A stretch of DNA of 63,747 nt, counting the filler, from Octopus bimaculoides (lineage: Eukaryota), in assembly GCF_001194135.2 (NCBI RefSeq). It is 8 parts of 8 records of this genome, joined end to end, with 100 filler letters (N's around TTAATTAATTAA, not from the genome) between each part and the next. Parts side by side here need not be neighbours in the genome. Positions count along the whole stretch, not along the records: positions 1 to 19,314 come from NC_068982.1; 7 more parts are not named here. One strand, 5' to 3'. Below, in pieces: positions 1-12,095 of this stretch. Under the pieces are notes generated by a model, which was given only the letters and a program-made list of their open reading frames with translations, was not told the origin of the DNA and searched no databases. Position 1 is the stretch's first letter; the number at the start of each line of letters is the position of its first letter. The position numbers were made by a program, and so were the translations under genes.

Positions 1-799
1 TGTAGTCAAAGGGAGATTAATGATAAATTTTCTATGGGGGCAAAGTGAAATAGCTAAATCTTATTTAACGTAGTTGGAAAAGGATAAAGGCTAGAAATGG
101 AATATATCTATCAATAGGATTTTAGTCGAAAGGAAAAAGAAAAATATAAATATAAAAAACATAAGGAAAAGCAGAAGTTTACGATTACAACTTTGAGAAA
201 GATAAGTTGGTAAATGTTTTGTTGGAGTATGTAGCGCAAGCGATACGGGTATATAGAACGTATTCAATCGAACCACTCCCTGTCTCACACCTGCATAAAT
301 ACAATGTTACATTCAGTGTAGCTGTCTTCGGTTAAGTAAGATTAACATAACCGCATGTTTACATTAATAGATCACTTCACATGCACGCTGACGCACACAC
401 AAGCGCACAAACAACCAAACAAAAAGAGCGCAGCTCAGATAACGGACAGAGTCAACGACTATTGAAGAGTCTGCAAGACGCAGTGAATTTTTTCCTCTGC
501 ATTGCATAGGCTGCATCTGTTGTTGCCCTTTTGGAATGATCTTCCATTCGATCCACGTTTGTTTTTAAGGACCTTATGTAACTTACTGTATTTCTTTTAT
601 CAATGTTTTTGAATAAAGACGCATGATTGTAAAATATCTTCATGAATTTTCTTTTTACCTACACATATATAATTTTTGGAAGGTCTCACGGTTGAAATGG
701 TTTCTCCATTAAGATCCATTCGCTAGAATGCTCTCATGTATGAGAAAGATTTCTTCATATTGACAGTGCTCGTAAAACTCACCATAAGGTTATGTTTGT

Positions 800-868
800 T
801 GAAATGTTTCTTGGGCTCCAGCATGGCCGCAGTCAAATGACTGAAACAAGTTACAGAATAAAATAATA
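800..868 (+). mobile_element. 3' tail fragment of SINE family A
   Basis: CTCCAGCATGGCCGCAGTCAAATGACTGAAACAAGT matches the 3' end of the complete copy at 5402-5840. Confidence 0.6.
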
Positions 869-1344
869 TCTATAGCCAGTGGAAAGGCGATAAGGGATTT
901 AAGAAGAAGCTTGTTAGGTTTGAATTAATGTTTAGTGATCTGTTCTATCTGTTCACTTCGTAGGCACTGATAATAGTAGACGGCTGTTGTGTTATGTCTT
1001 TACTAGACGAAAAATTTATCTTTATATTATTTATCAACTTTTGAAAACAATAAGTGTGTGGCGTGATGGATCTACCTTTATTAGTGAGTTTATCATAAGA
1101 TTTACTAAAAGCTCAAGATAAGCTAATATTTAGAGTCACATAGAGGGAATTAACTATGGTTAAATCATCTGCTTTTAGTGATTTAAGGCTAGAAGAACAG
1201 AATATTTGACTATTATTTTTTCCTTTTGGAGATCCGTAGCTCATATTCATTTTACAGACCAGATTCTGAAGATGTAAATTACTTAAGGCATCAAAGAGAC
1301 ATGATCACATATAGCAGCGCTATTGGGTGACGTATAATTACATC

Positions 1345-1843
1345 AAAGAACTATTTTAGATCTTTAAACTATGGAAAACTGCTGCCAGGTATAGGGTCTT
1401 CCAGCAGCCACCCTCTTGAATCCACAGCAGCACTACCTCCTCCAAGCACTTGATGTAGGCCTCCGTGTTGAGTCTGAGACCATGTGGGAACATGTATTGA
1501 GACATAGCCTCGCCATCATTAGTGATCACTCCTAACACCATGATGTTGACTGGATGTTTGATTTTTATCACTCTCGGTACATGTTGTAGGGACATAGCAA
1601 GCCAACGGCTGTTCTGTGTGTTCACCATCTGTTCGAATTGGAGCTTCCGGTGCGAATACGAAGCACTACAGCATGCCGTTTCCAAATTTCTAGCAGAGTG
1701 AATTGCATCATGATGCTATTTTTCTCACAGACGGTGCCTAAATGACCTACTATACTGTGTAGTCGACAAAATCGGAAGCAAACAATGTGCATGCACGAAA
1801 TTAAAAATTTGAAATGCCGACAATTTACACATCGCACCCTGTG
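1345..1843 (-). mobile_element. Internally deleted Tc1/mariner-superfamily remnant (maT/DD37D-like transposase fragment)
   Basis: ORF 1356-1685 contains VNTQNSRWLA..PRVIKIKHPVNIMVLGVITNDGEAMSQYMFPHGLRLNTEAYIKCLEEVVLLWI, resembling the region between the first and second catalytic D of maT-like transposases; a CAGGGTG-type terminus next to TA lies at ~1835-1845. Confidence 0.65.
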
Positions 1844-2033
1844 TATATTCTATTCTTTTATATGTTTCAGCCCTGAGGCTGTGGCCATGCTGGGGCACCA
1901 CATGTGTATATGCATATATATATGCATACACACTTGAATACAAGCATACACACATGCACATATATGCTGCAAAACTGAAAAAAATTGCAAATGCATATAT
2001 CTACTAGCAGGTATGCATGTATGTACGTATGTA

Positions 2034-2036
<3 letters not shown>

Positions 2037-2124
<88 letters not shown>
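2037..2124. repeat. (AG)n microsatellite
   Basis: Perfect dinucleotide run. Confidence 0.98.
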
Positions 2125-2127
<3 letters not shown>

Positions 2128-2440
2128 GGGGGAAGGAGATATGATAATGAATGCTAGTTTTGTGCAAATTTATTCCCAGATGTCAGGATGAAAATATATG
2201 TCGATGAAATTAGGTTAAAGTAGACTAATGAATAGTTGGGGATGTGAGTGGTGGGGAGTTTAAGGATTAAATATCTTAATAAAGATTAAATGACTTCATC
2301 AAGATTATGCGCCGATACCCGCCTACACTCAGATTCAACTGTAGATTTTATGATCGTACGTATATATTTAAGTATGTGTGTGTGTGTATGTACGCATTTA
2401 TATGAGTGTATGTAAGTATTTATGTGTTACGTTCTTTCCT

Positions 2441-2593
2441 ATGTATGTATGTATGTATGTATGTATGTATGTATGTATGTATGTATGTATGTATGTATGT
2501 ATGTGTGTGTCTGTCTGTGTATGTATGTATGTGTATGTATAAATCCATCTATTTATCTATTTATCACTCACTGAGTCTCTCTCACTCACTCTC

Positions 2594-2673
<80 letters not shown>

Positions 2674-2718
2674 TGTGTGTCTGTGTGTGTGTGTGTGTCT
2701 GTCTGTCTGTCTGTCTGT
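2441..2718. repeat. Compound microsatellite (TATG)n/(TA)n/(TG)n/(TGTC)n
   Basis: Directly visible tandem arrays. Confidence 0.95.
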
Positions 2719-3219
2719 TTCCCTGGATATGTGTGTATTGTTATACATGGGTTAGTCTTATTTTGGCAAATTAAACGCACGCAATTTACTTGGCAAGATA
2801 TGACCATCCTCAAGTATAACAATATCTGTTTCAATACGTTATCACATCAAGAATCCTGCAAAACAAATACACAAACGTGTATATATATATATATNNNNNN
2901 NNNNNNNNNNNNNNNNNNNNNNNNNNNNNNNNNNNNNNNNNNNNNNNNNNNNNNNNNNNNNNNNNNNNNNNNNNNNNNNNNNNNNNNNNNNNNNNNNNNN
3001 NNNNNNNNNNNNNNNNNNNNNNNNNNNNNNNNNNNNNNNNNNNNNNNNNNNNNNNNNNNNNNNNNNNNNNNNNNNNNNNNNNNNNNNNNNNNNNNNNNNN
3101 NNNNNNNNNNNNNNNNNNNNNNNNNNNNNNNNNNNNNNNNNNNNNNNNNNNNNNNNNNNNNNNNNNNNNNNNNNNNNNNNNNNNNNNNNNNNNNNNNNNN
3201 NNNNNTATATATATGTGTA

Positions 3220-3252
<33 letters not shown>

Positions 3253-3354
3253 GTGTATATATGTATATGTATATACGTATACCCATATATACACATATAT
3301 ATACATATATATATGTGTGCGTGTATTGTGTGTGTGTGTCTGTGTCTGTGTGTG

Positions 3355-3725
3355 TGTGTAGCTGTATGTTAAGAAGTGTGCTTCCCAACCAGATTGTTTC
3401 AGGTTCAGTCTCATTGCGTGGCACCTTGAGTAAGTGTCTTCTGCTATATCCACGGGCCGACCAAAGCCATGTGAATGGTTGTGGTAGACGGAAATCGAAA
3501 GACGTGATCGTATATTTATATAAATAAATGTTCGTCTCGTGTCTGTGCTTTTTCCTCACTCCACCGCTTAACAACCGGTGTTGGAGTGTTTACGTCCCAG
3601 TAACTTATATTTTCGTCAAAAGTACTCGATAGAATAAGTAATAAGCTTTAAAAAAAATAGTACCGGGGTCGATTCATTTTACTAAAACCTCATGGCCGCA
3701 GCCTAATAACTGAAAGAAGTAAAAG

Positions 3726-3727
<2 letters not shown>
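3355..3727 (+). mobile_element. tRNA-derived SINE family A copy
   Basis: tRNA-like head (GCTGTATGTTAAG...GGTTCAGTC), body GCACCTTGAGTAAGTGTCTTC...GACAACCGGTGTTGG-like, tail CATGGCCGCAGCCTAATAACTGAAA; colinear with 5402-5840. Confidence 0.8.
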
Positions 3728-3818
<91 letters not shown>

Positions 3819-3950
3819 TACATATACACATAAATATATATATAAATATATATTTATATGTATATGTATATGCACATATATATACATACATACATACATA
3901 CATACATACATAAATACATACATACATACATACATACATACATACATGCA
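3727..3950. repeat. Compound (GATA)n/(GACA)n/(TA)n/(TACA)n microsatellite
   Basis: Directly visible. Confidence 0.95.
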
Positions 3951-4020
3951 CACATACACCCTGTTTCTTTGTGGATGGCTTGAAACTTATATGCAAAAAA
4001 TATGCATGAGATGAAAAAGA

Positions 4021-4546
4021 TCGAATGTTAGCATAAAGATAAAGATCAGTGATAGAAAAACTTTCTATGCTGAACTATAGAGGAATCTACAGCTACTCTA
4101 GCCAGATTAGAAGTTTAAGTTTATACCTGTAATTATTGGGGCACTGAGATATGTAACACATTGCCTAAGTACCAATCTTGAGAAATTAGGCTTCTCAAAA
4201 CCAGAAAGTAGAAAGCTGATTCGAAGACTACAAATCCAAGCCACCACTGAAGCTGTAAAACTCTGTAAAACCTTCCAGAAGTTTATCATATAAGTATGCA
4301 TGAACATGTCTAGACATGCAACTATGTGCATAAAAATACATACATAAAACAAAACATACAAATCTTCACACATACATACATACATACATACATACATACA
4401 TACATACATACATACATACATACATACTTACATACATACAAAATTATCTTGTTTATGATGTTGAACTTCCAATGAAGGAACCTTGGATCTGAGCTAATAA
4501 CCGATTCTCTATTGGGAAGAAATCTTGAGATAAAACTGAATAATGG
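4021..4546 (+). mobile_element. 5'-truncated non-LTR retrotransposon 3' end with restriction-like endonuclease (RLE) C-terminus and (CATA)n tail
   Basis: Frame from 4021 reads YAEL*RNLQLL*PD*KFKFIPVIIGALRYVTHCLSTNLEKLGFSKPESRKLIRRLQIQATTEAVKLCKTFQKFII* (stop 4291-4293); PVIIGAL matches the PIIVGALG motif of the Dong-like copies in this window; 3' UTR is interrupted and ended by (CATA)n. Confidence 0.7.
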
Positions 4547-5401
4547 CATACATACATACATACATACTTACATACATTCATACATATTACATACATACAT
4601 ACATACATATATACAGCCATAAATATAATTGTGCTGTAATATGACGAACATGTTTGCACTTCAGAAAGTTTTAAATCAGGTTAAAACACCAGACTTGTCA
4701 TGCTACAGCACACTTCGATCTAATCGTTTGCAGTACACGGTACATTGTAGAAATTTCCGTTCGTCCTCGGGCCAACAAAACGTAGCCAAAACAAATACTA
4801 ATTCGAACCATGTTCACTCTTTAAAAATAAGAGAATTTATGAACTCCAGTCAGAAACAAGATAGTTACAGCATAGCTCCACGTCTATTTATCTCAATTTT
4901 TGAAAATCATAGAAATCTATGAAACTGGTTAAATTTTAAAAAGATTTTAAGCATTTCATTTGGTTGCAATTTGAACTCAGAACCTTGAAATCAGCAGGCA
5001 ATAGGGTAACGTATATTATTATTATTATTACGTTCTGTTTTTTTGATCAGCGTCCTATCCATTGTTCTGATGTGAAAAGACAATTGAGATAACAACGGGG
5101 CTAATTGCTATAAACTCCCTTTGTTTACTATTATGAGTAGTCATGAAGGCAAAATTCAATTAGCCCACCGCCATTTCATTCTCAGCTAATTAGGATCTGA
5201 AATATATATTGATAATAAATTAGATATTGATTTGTTAATTAGGTACAAGGTCAATTTATTTTTATGTAGTTTTATTTATTGTCGTGCGTGTGTGAGTGTG
5301 TAGAGGCGGAACTAGGAGGCAATTAAATCAGCTGTAGCGTATAACAGATATTTTATGGACGTCAGAGGGTATATAATGTAGATGACAGCCTTCGCATAGC
5401 G

Positions 5402-5840
5402 ATGGGCGTAGCTCTGTGGTAAGAATCTTGCTTCCCAACCACATAGTTCCGGGTTCAGTCCCACAAGTGTCTTCGGCAAGTGTCTTCTCCTATGCCTCGG
5501 TCCGACCTGAGCGTTGTGAGTGGCTTTAGAAGACGGAAACTAAAAGAAGCTCATTGTATATATGTATGTGTTTGTGTGTGTGTGTGTGTGTATGTATGCA
5601 TGTATGCGTGTGTATGTGTCTTTGTGTCTGTGTTTGTCCCCCACCATTACTTGACAACCGGTGTTGGTATGTTTACGTACCCGTAACTTAGCGGTCCGTC
5701 AAAAGATACCAATAGAATAAGTAACAGGTTTAAAAACAAAATAAATATTGGGATCGATTTATTCGACTAAAATTATTCTTCAAGGCGGTGCTCCTGCATG
5801 GCCGCATTCTAATGACTGAAACAAGTAAAAGATAAAAGAT
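5402..5840 (+). mobile_element. tRNA-derived SINE family A, near full-length, with internal (TA/TG) microsatellite
   Basis: A-box-like GGGCGTAGCTCTGTGGTAAG, B-box-like GGGTTCAGTCCC, conserved body and A-rich tail GAAACAAGTAAAAGATAAAAGA; homologous to >10 other segments in the window. Confidence 0.85.
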
Positions 5841-6627
5841 ATTTGTGTCCCGATGTCTAATTAATGACTAGAATATTAGTAAGACGGCAAGACACCAAAT
5901 CCCACGAAAAGACTCAGCATTTAGTATCATCTTCCTGTGTTGTAAAGTTTAAATATTGCAACTATATAATGTTGACCTGAGCAATAGTTTTACTTCGAAA
6001 CTGACATCTAAGTATTTAGTCCGCTTTTCTGGTCCATCAAGTTGGCTGTGGAAATGGTAAAGGTTGCCACAAGGTGGCTGTGAACCAAGAGATGTAAGCC
6101 TAAAAGAGGTCAGAAATATCAAGGGTAGTAATAATTGGACATGAACTGAAGGCTTGATCAACCTCGGTCTAGTCACCTGAGTGATATTTGAAAGACACAA
6201 AACAGCTAATGACTTCAGGAAACATTACTGACGATACATCCAGGTGCAACACAAGATGATACATAGAAAATGTTTTTATAAACACCATCTGTACCGATGT
6301 CTATAATATTATCGACTAGTGATAATTTAACATCGGTTGAATGGAATCTACTACATTTCTTTAAATATAAAACACTACTATCAGCTTGGTGAACAGAAAT
6401 CGATGCATTAAATATCGATCTGTTTGCGTGTATGTGTGTGTATTCACTCAGGTGCATGATGTGTGTGTGTAGCCTTATATAAATGCCTGCATGTACGGAT
6501 ATCAACCGACAAGTGAATCTAAAGAAAAAAACGTTGAGACTCGGGGAACGAATTAAATGTTAAAAATGAGCTAATTACATTCCTCCTTTGGACAGGTGTC
6601 ACAGACACACACACATACACATACACA

Positions 6628-6667
<40 letters not shown>

Positions 6668-7261
6668 CATACATATATACACACATATACATAGGTACAT
6701 GCATACATACATACAAACATACATACATACATACACACACATTCCTCTTTCATGTTTCTTCCAACCAATTTGTTTCTTGTCTTTCTTATCGCCAACGTCA
6801 CTCAGATGGTACGTTCTCCAATTTTTGTCCTTCCTTCATATCGCGACAAAACTCATAATTCTAGAATCCTTCGTACTAATACCCTTTGGATAAATTTTTA
6901 TTTGTTCCGTTTCCTATCAATAAGGCTACAATATCTTTTTTATTGAACTCTGTCACATGTAAGTGTATTAAGCCACATTACATCTATTACATGTTTATTA
7001 GATTGTATTACATGTATCCGTCATCAATTTTTTTGTCTCGGATGTGTTGTCCTTAATATTTCAAAACTTTTTATAATGTTTCCTACGTCAAGGATATTTA
7101 CAGTTATAGTGATGCAACCAGAGTAGTCCGGTACGAGTAAAATCTTCAGAACTATAAAACGCTGAAACTACGCATATTCAGATCCTCGTCCCTGACGGGA
7201 GTTGTTCCATGTTCAACTGTCCCTTATCTTTAATTGTTTTAATGAACAACTTCGATTTTTG

Positions 7262-7297
<36 letters not shown>

Positions 7298-7299
7298 AT

Positions 7300-7545
7300 C
7301 AAAATAAATGATTCAAATTCGTTCGTACTCTTGAGTTGGTACACATCATTGATCGGTTAAAATTACCCCAATACGACAACTTTAACACGAAATAACTTCT
7401 AGAATACAAAATTTTGTCAAAAACGCTAAGAGTAAACCGTGTTCTACGTGACACATTCAACCAGTATCCGAAGTTTGAAACTGTTTAGTTAAAAAAATTA
7501 ATTCAAAAATCTGTGACTGAGATTGAAAAGATCCTACGCTTAAAA
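7300..7545 (+). mobile_element. Diverged right-hand fragment of the TIR element family at 24368-25035
   Basis: AATACGACAACTTTAACACGAAATAACTT...GACACATTCAACCAGTATCCGAAGTTTGAAACTGTTTAGTTAA aligns with 24880-25035. Confidence 0.6.
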
Positions 7546-8091
7546 AACACAAAAAAATTTCCAGCCACTAAAAGTACTAAAGAAGGAAGTACTCCAAGAT
7601 AAACCTGAGAGTGAATAAAATATTTCATCCATATATTTTGTTTCTCCTATGGTTCCTCGATTGCACTGTAAAGAAGATTGTAACTTTCCGAATGGTATCC
7701 ATGGTTTCTGAACTCTTTTTAGTTTCTTCATTAGGATTCAGATCCGTGTTCAATATGCAGTCGAAGTGGATGAAGAAAGATATCGTTTCTTGTTATTTTA
7801 TTTTTAAACTTTATCATACAGCGTTCTTTTAGCCTCGGCATGATTCTTTCTAGAATAGAGTAGATAAAGAAAAAGTTTCATTAAGATTTATTGTGAGGCT
7901 TGAAATGTAAGACACCAACAATGAAATTATATCCATAAGAATTTCAAGATCTTTATCACTGTACATGTTGACTCTTGTCACAGATACATAAATGGGTGGT
8001 GTAGAACTAGACCATTTTCAGATTGAATAACTTAACACTTGTGTGGTTGTTTCTATGTGTGTATCTACCTAACTTTCTGTCTATCTGTCTG

Positions 8092-8146
<55 letters not shown>

Positions 8147-8214
8147 GCCTAACAGTCTCTTTGTCTACCTACCAATCCAGCTTTATATGTACACACGCAC
8201 ACACGCACACACAC

Positions 8215-8261
<47 letters not shown>

Positions 8262-8574
8262 CATATTTCGTGCTCAGTTAGATAGTACCCTTGAATCACC
8301 GGTAGTAAAAAAATTTTGTCCTCTGCTAAATTCATCATCATTCATTGATTGGTATTTAGTCCTTGGTTTAAACTGTTTTAAATAATGATATATACAACCC
8401 CCACTAAATATGCTGAGTGCCTTTTCTTTCATTTGTTCACTCAATCTTATATATCAATTTGGTTGTAACTCTGGCAGAAGGGATACTCCAACTTGTTAAA
8501 TCAGACTAACAAGAACAACTTTTGCTCTCATTGTTTTCCCCATCTTTTTTCTTTTATTTATTCCTTTTTTATTT

Positions 8575-8761
8575 CCCTTTTTTCTTCCAGTCATTTTTTG
8601 ATTGCAGCCACGCTGGGGCACCACTTTGAAAGGTCTAGCTGAACAAATCCATCTTTTTAAAATCTAGTACGTATTCTATCGGACATTTATGCCGTTAAGT
8701 TACAGGGACGTAAACAAGCCAGCACCTTGTTAAGCTTTCTTATAGATCAAATACACACACA

Positions 8762-8819
<58 letters not shown>

Positions 8820-9425
8820 NNNNNNNNNNNNNNNNNNNNNNNNNNNNNNNNNNNNNNNNNNNNNNNNNNNNNNNNNNNNNNNNNNNNNNNNNNNNNNNNN
8901 NNNNNNNNNNNNNNNNNNNNNNNNNNNNNNNNNNNNNNNNNNNNNNNNNNNNNNNNNNNNNNNNNNNNNNNNNNNNNNNNNNNNNNNNNNNNNNNNNNNN
9001 NNNNNNNNNNNNNNNNNNNNNNNNNNNNNNNNNNNNNNNNNNNNNNNNNNNNNNNNNNNNNNNNNNNNNNNNNNNNNNNNNNNNNNNNNNNNNNNNNNNN
9101 NNNNNNNNNNNNNNNNNNNNNNNNNNNNNNNNNNNNNNNNNNNNNNNNNNNNNNNNNNNNNNNNNNNNNNNNNNNNNNNNNNNNNNNNNNNNNNNNNNNN
9201 NNNNNNNNNNNNNNNNNNNNNNNNNNNNNNATATATATATATATATACAGAAATGACATGCTTCCATACAATTTTCATCTACCAAATTTGCTCACAAGTC
9301 ATTAGTCGACCCGGGTCTATAGTATAAGACATTTACCAAAAGTGCTGCGCAGTGGGACTGAATCCGAAACCATGTGATTGACTGGTATGCGAATTTCTTA
9401 ACCCACAGCCATTTGTGTGCCTGGC
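8575..9425 (-). mobile_element. SINE family A copy spanning an assembly gap at its internal microsatellite
   Basis: Reverse-complement tail at 8575-8735 and head at 9290-9425 (GCAGTGGGACTGAATCCGAAACCATGTG); (CA)n and (TA)n flank the gap. Confidence 0.75.
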
Positions 9426-10169
9426 TTTCCTTACAGCAACTAAGTTTCCCAAGTAGTCACACGTCTTTTACTAACTCAGCTCGACGCTTATCATACTAGA
9501 ACCGATGTTATCAACATGATATGGCCGTAAACATATATTTTTACCAACTTTTCCATCGTACAATACCATCAGTCGTGTATCTCTCTAATTTTAAGATTGC
9601 ATACCATTTTCCCACATGCTATATATTAGACTCTGCCTCCTGTTTCTTCCTAGTTTAAACAGTTCGACCGAAATCCCATCAACGTCCGCAGTGGTGAATG
9701 AGTTCTAAAGTATAGAACCAAGCACTAAATATCAATCAATGAATGATGAAGAATTTAGCAGAGAACTAAAAAGTATTTTACTACCAGTGACAAATGGGTA
9801 TTATTTAAATCTTTAGAGTGTTGCTGTCCTTCGCCCTAAAAGAAGCACGAGCATAATTCTTTTATTCATTCATACATACGCACGCACATACATCATGCAT
9901 GCACATATAGATATACTTTGGCATACATATATACAAACTTATGCACGCACGTACGAACATACATACGTACACAATTGCTGAGTTAACGTCTAAGTTTCGA
10001 TGAAAGAACTTTAGAACCGGTTCTTTCTTTCTCAGTGAGAAATTTTTAAACTTCAACATGGATACATGCATGTCTACATACGGTATATATACACACTTAC
10101 ATACAAATATGAATAAATGGATATATATATATATATTATATTATATTATATTATATTATATTATATTAT

Positions 10170-10480
10170 ATTAGAGGAAAAATCAAAACCAAAGCAGAAT
10201 GAGTATCTCAAGTCATTAAGAATAATTTAATTTGGGTAAGGTGAATTTGAAGTCTTACAGCGTTTTCCGGGATAACCTAAGTGGTTGTTCAGCATATCCG
10301 TTAGTTAGGTATGATTATTTTAGACGGGGATAAATTTACAGTTTCGAGGGAATAAAATAAAAGAATAAAGAGTATAAGTAGTTTGAAGAATATAGGCAGT
10401 AGAATAATGCTCACAACTCATCTTTTTCCAGAGGATATGGATGTTGGTCGGAACCTGTTCGTTTAGATCACAAGTCAGCT
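10170..10480 (-). mobile_element. Possible Penelope-like element remnant
   Basis: Minus strand carries GGATA..TATCC-CGGAAAACGCTGTAAGAC, a decayed version of the GAAACAGCTGTA minimal-hammerhead end typical of Penelope-like elements; no ORF support. Confidence 0.3.
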
Positions 10481-10499
10481 AAACCCTTTATATTCTCTC

Positions 10500-10604
<105 letters not shown>

Positions 10605-11189
10605 CTATATACTTTCATACACACATAGATACATCTATACTCACCCATTGACACATGCATGCATATATGTACATACACATATACACACAAACATACAAAT
10701 AATCCCAATCCCTCAGCCCTCAACAATATTAATTCAAAATCCATTCTCAGCAGTTTTCTATTGCCTCTCACACTAAACTTATAAATTTCCTATTTAGATA
10801 AACATCTTAGTTTGATTCGCAATATTAATTAGTTCGCTTTCAGCTAATTATCGCTGTTTTAATTTAATTAAAGGTTCCACATGTCAGTCCAAGGGCAGTA
10901 CTATTAAAAATAGCACCAGTTTTTCATGGCAGACTTTTGTTGTGCTTCTCGAATAATTCACTCTCCTTCAGATCTATCTTTAATTTCTTATTTACTCCCC
11001 AACTTCTATGTTTAATGCTTCAGCAGCATATATTTATTTGTTCTCTTACAATTGCGATTCATATATTATTCCTTTACTTCTTTCAACCAGCGACTCTTGA
11101 CGATAAGAAGCTATCAACATCAGTATACGATTACGTATATTGATATATATTTCTTAAAATGATATTTATAAGCATATTTATGCTTTTAT

Positions 11190-11562
11190 ACTTTTATACT
11201 TTTGTTCTTTTACTTGTTTCAGTCATTTTACTGCTGCCATGCTGGAGCACCGCCTTAAAATGTTTTAGTTGAACAAATCGACCCAAGGACATATTTTTTA
11301 AGCCTAGTACTTACTCTATCGGTCTCTTTTCCCGAACCACTATGTTACGGGGACGTAAGCACACCAACACCGGTTGTCAAGTAGCGATGGGGCGAGGACA
11401 AACACAGACACAAAGACATACAAACAAACAAACAGACACACACATATATACATATATACGACGGGCTTCTTTCAGTTTCCGTCTACCAAATCCACTCAGA
11501 AGGCTTTAGTCGGCCCAAGGCTTTAGTAGAAAATACTTACCCATGGTCCATGCAGTGGGACT
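11190..11562 (-). mobile_element. SINE family A copy, head truncated
   Basis: Reverse complement of the family A tail and body (CTTGTTTCAGTCATTTTACTGCTGCCATGCTGGAGCACCGCC...TTTCAGTTTCCGTCTACCAAATCCACTC). Confidence 0.85.
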
Positions 11563-11564
11563 AC

Positions 11565-12095
11565 GCGTGAGATGAACTCGAACTCAGCAAGCGGCCCAGA
11601 TGGCTTTCCGGCTGTTCTTTTAAAGACACGAACGAGTACTTTCGCAAAACCACTTCAGATCCTTTTTCAGAGTTTCCTTACGTGTGGTAAACTATCTAAA
11701 TTGCTAAAAGAAGGTATATGTGCTTTTCGCAAGGGAGGAAGTACAGCAGACGCCAGAAAATTACAGGCCTGTGTCTCCGACTTTACTTGTTATGAAGAAG
11801 GCTGATCACGTTTCTGGAAGAAAGTAACTTTCTCACAAACAAACAATATGGCTTCCGTCCGGGGAGAAGCTGCATCACACAGCTGCTACAGTATTATGAA
11901 TGGGATCAACCACTCGACTATGAATGTGATGAATCTCGACTTTGTTAAGGCTTTTGACAAAGCTTATCATGAGATGATATATCACGAACTGCGTGACAAT
12001 GGTATCCCTGGAAAACTGGGAATGGCTGCATGACTTTCTAAAAGGCAGAAGCCAGACTACAATTCGCAGTGGAGTCCCTCAAGGAACTGTACTGA
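11565..12095 (+). pseudogene. Degenerate CR1-like LINE reverse transcriptase fragment
   Basis: NSASGPDGFPAVLLK..FAKPLQILFQSFLTCGKL..KGGS and NLDFVKAFDKAYHEMIYHELRDNGIPGKLG motifs across frameshifts. Confidence 0.8.

Noticed and set aside
2406-3574. Long ORFs such as [14 protein letters not shown] and X-filled ORFs here and at 8727, 29659, 40298, 42850, 54450, 61699
   Set aside because: Produced by stop-free microsatellites and N gaps
5949-6505. Two adjacent non-repetitive minus-strand ORFs (83 and 96 aa)
   Set aside because: Different frames, no recognisable motif and no convincing donor site; cannot be supported as an exon
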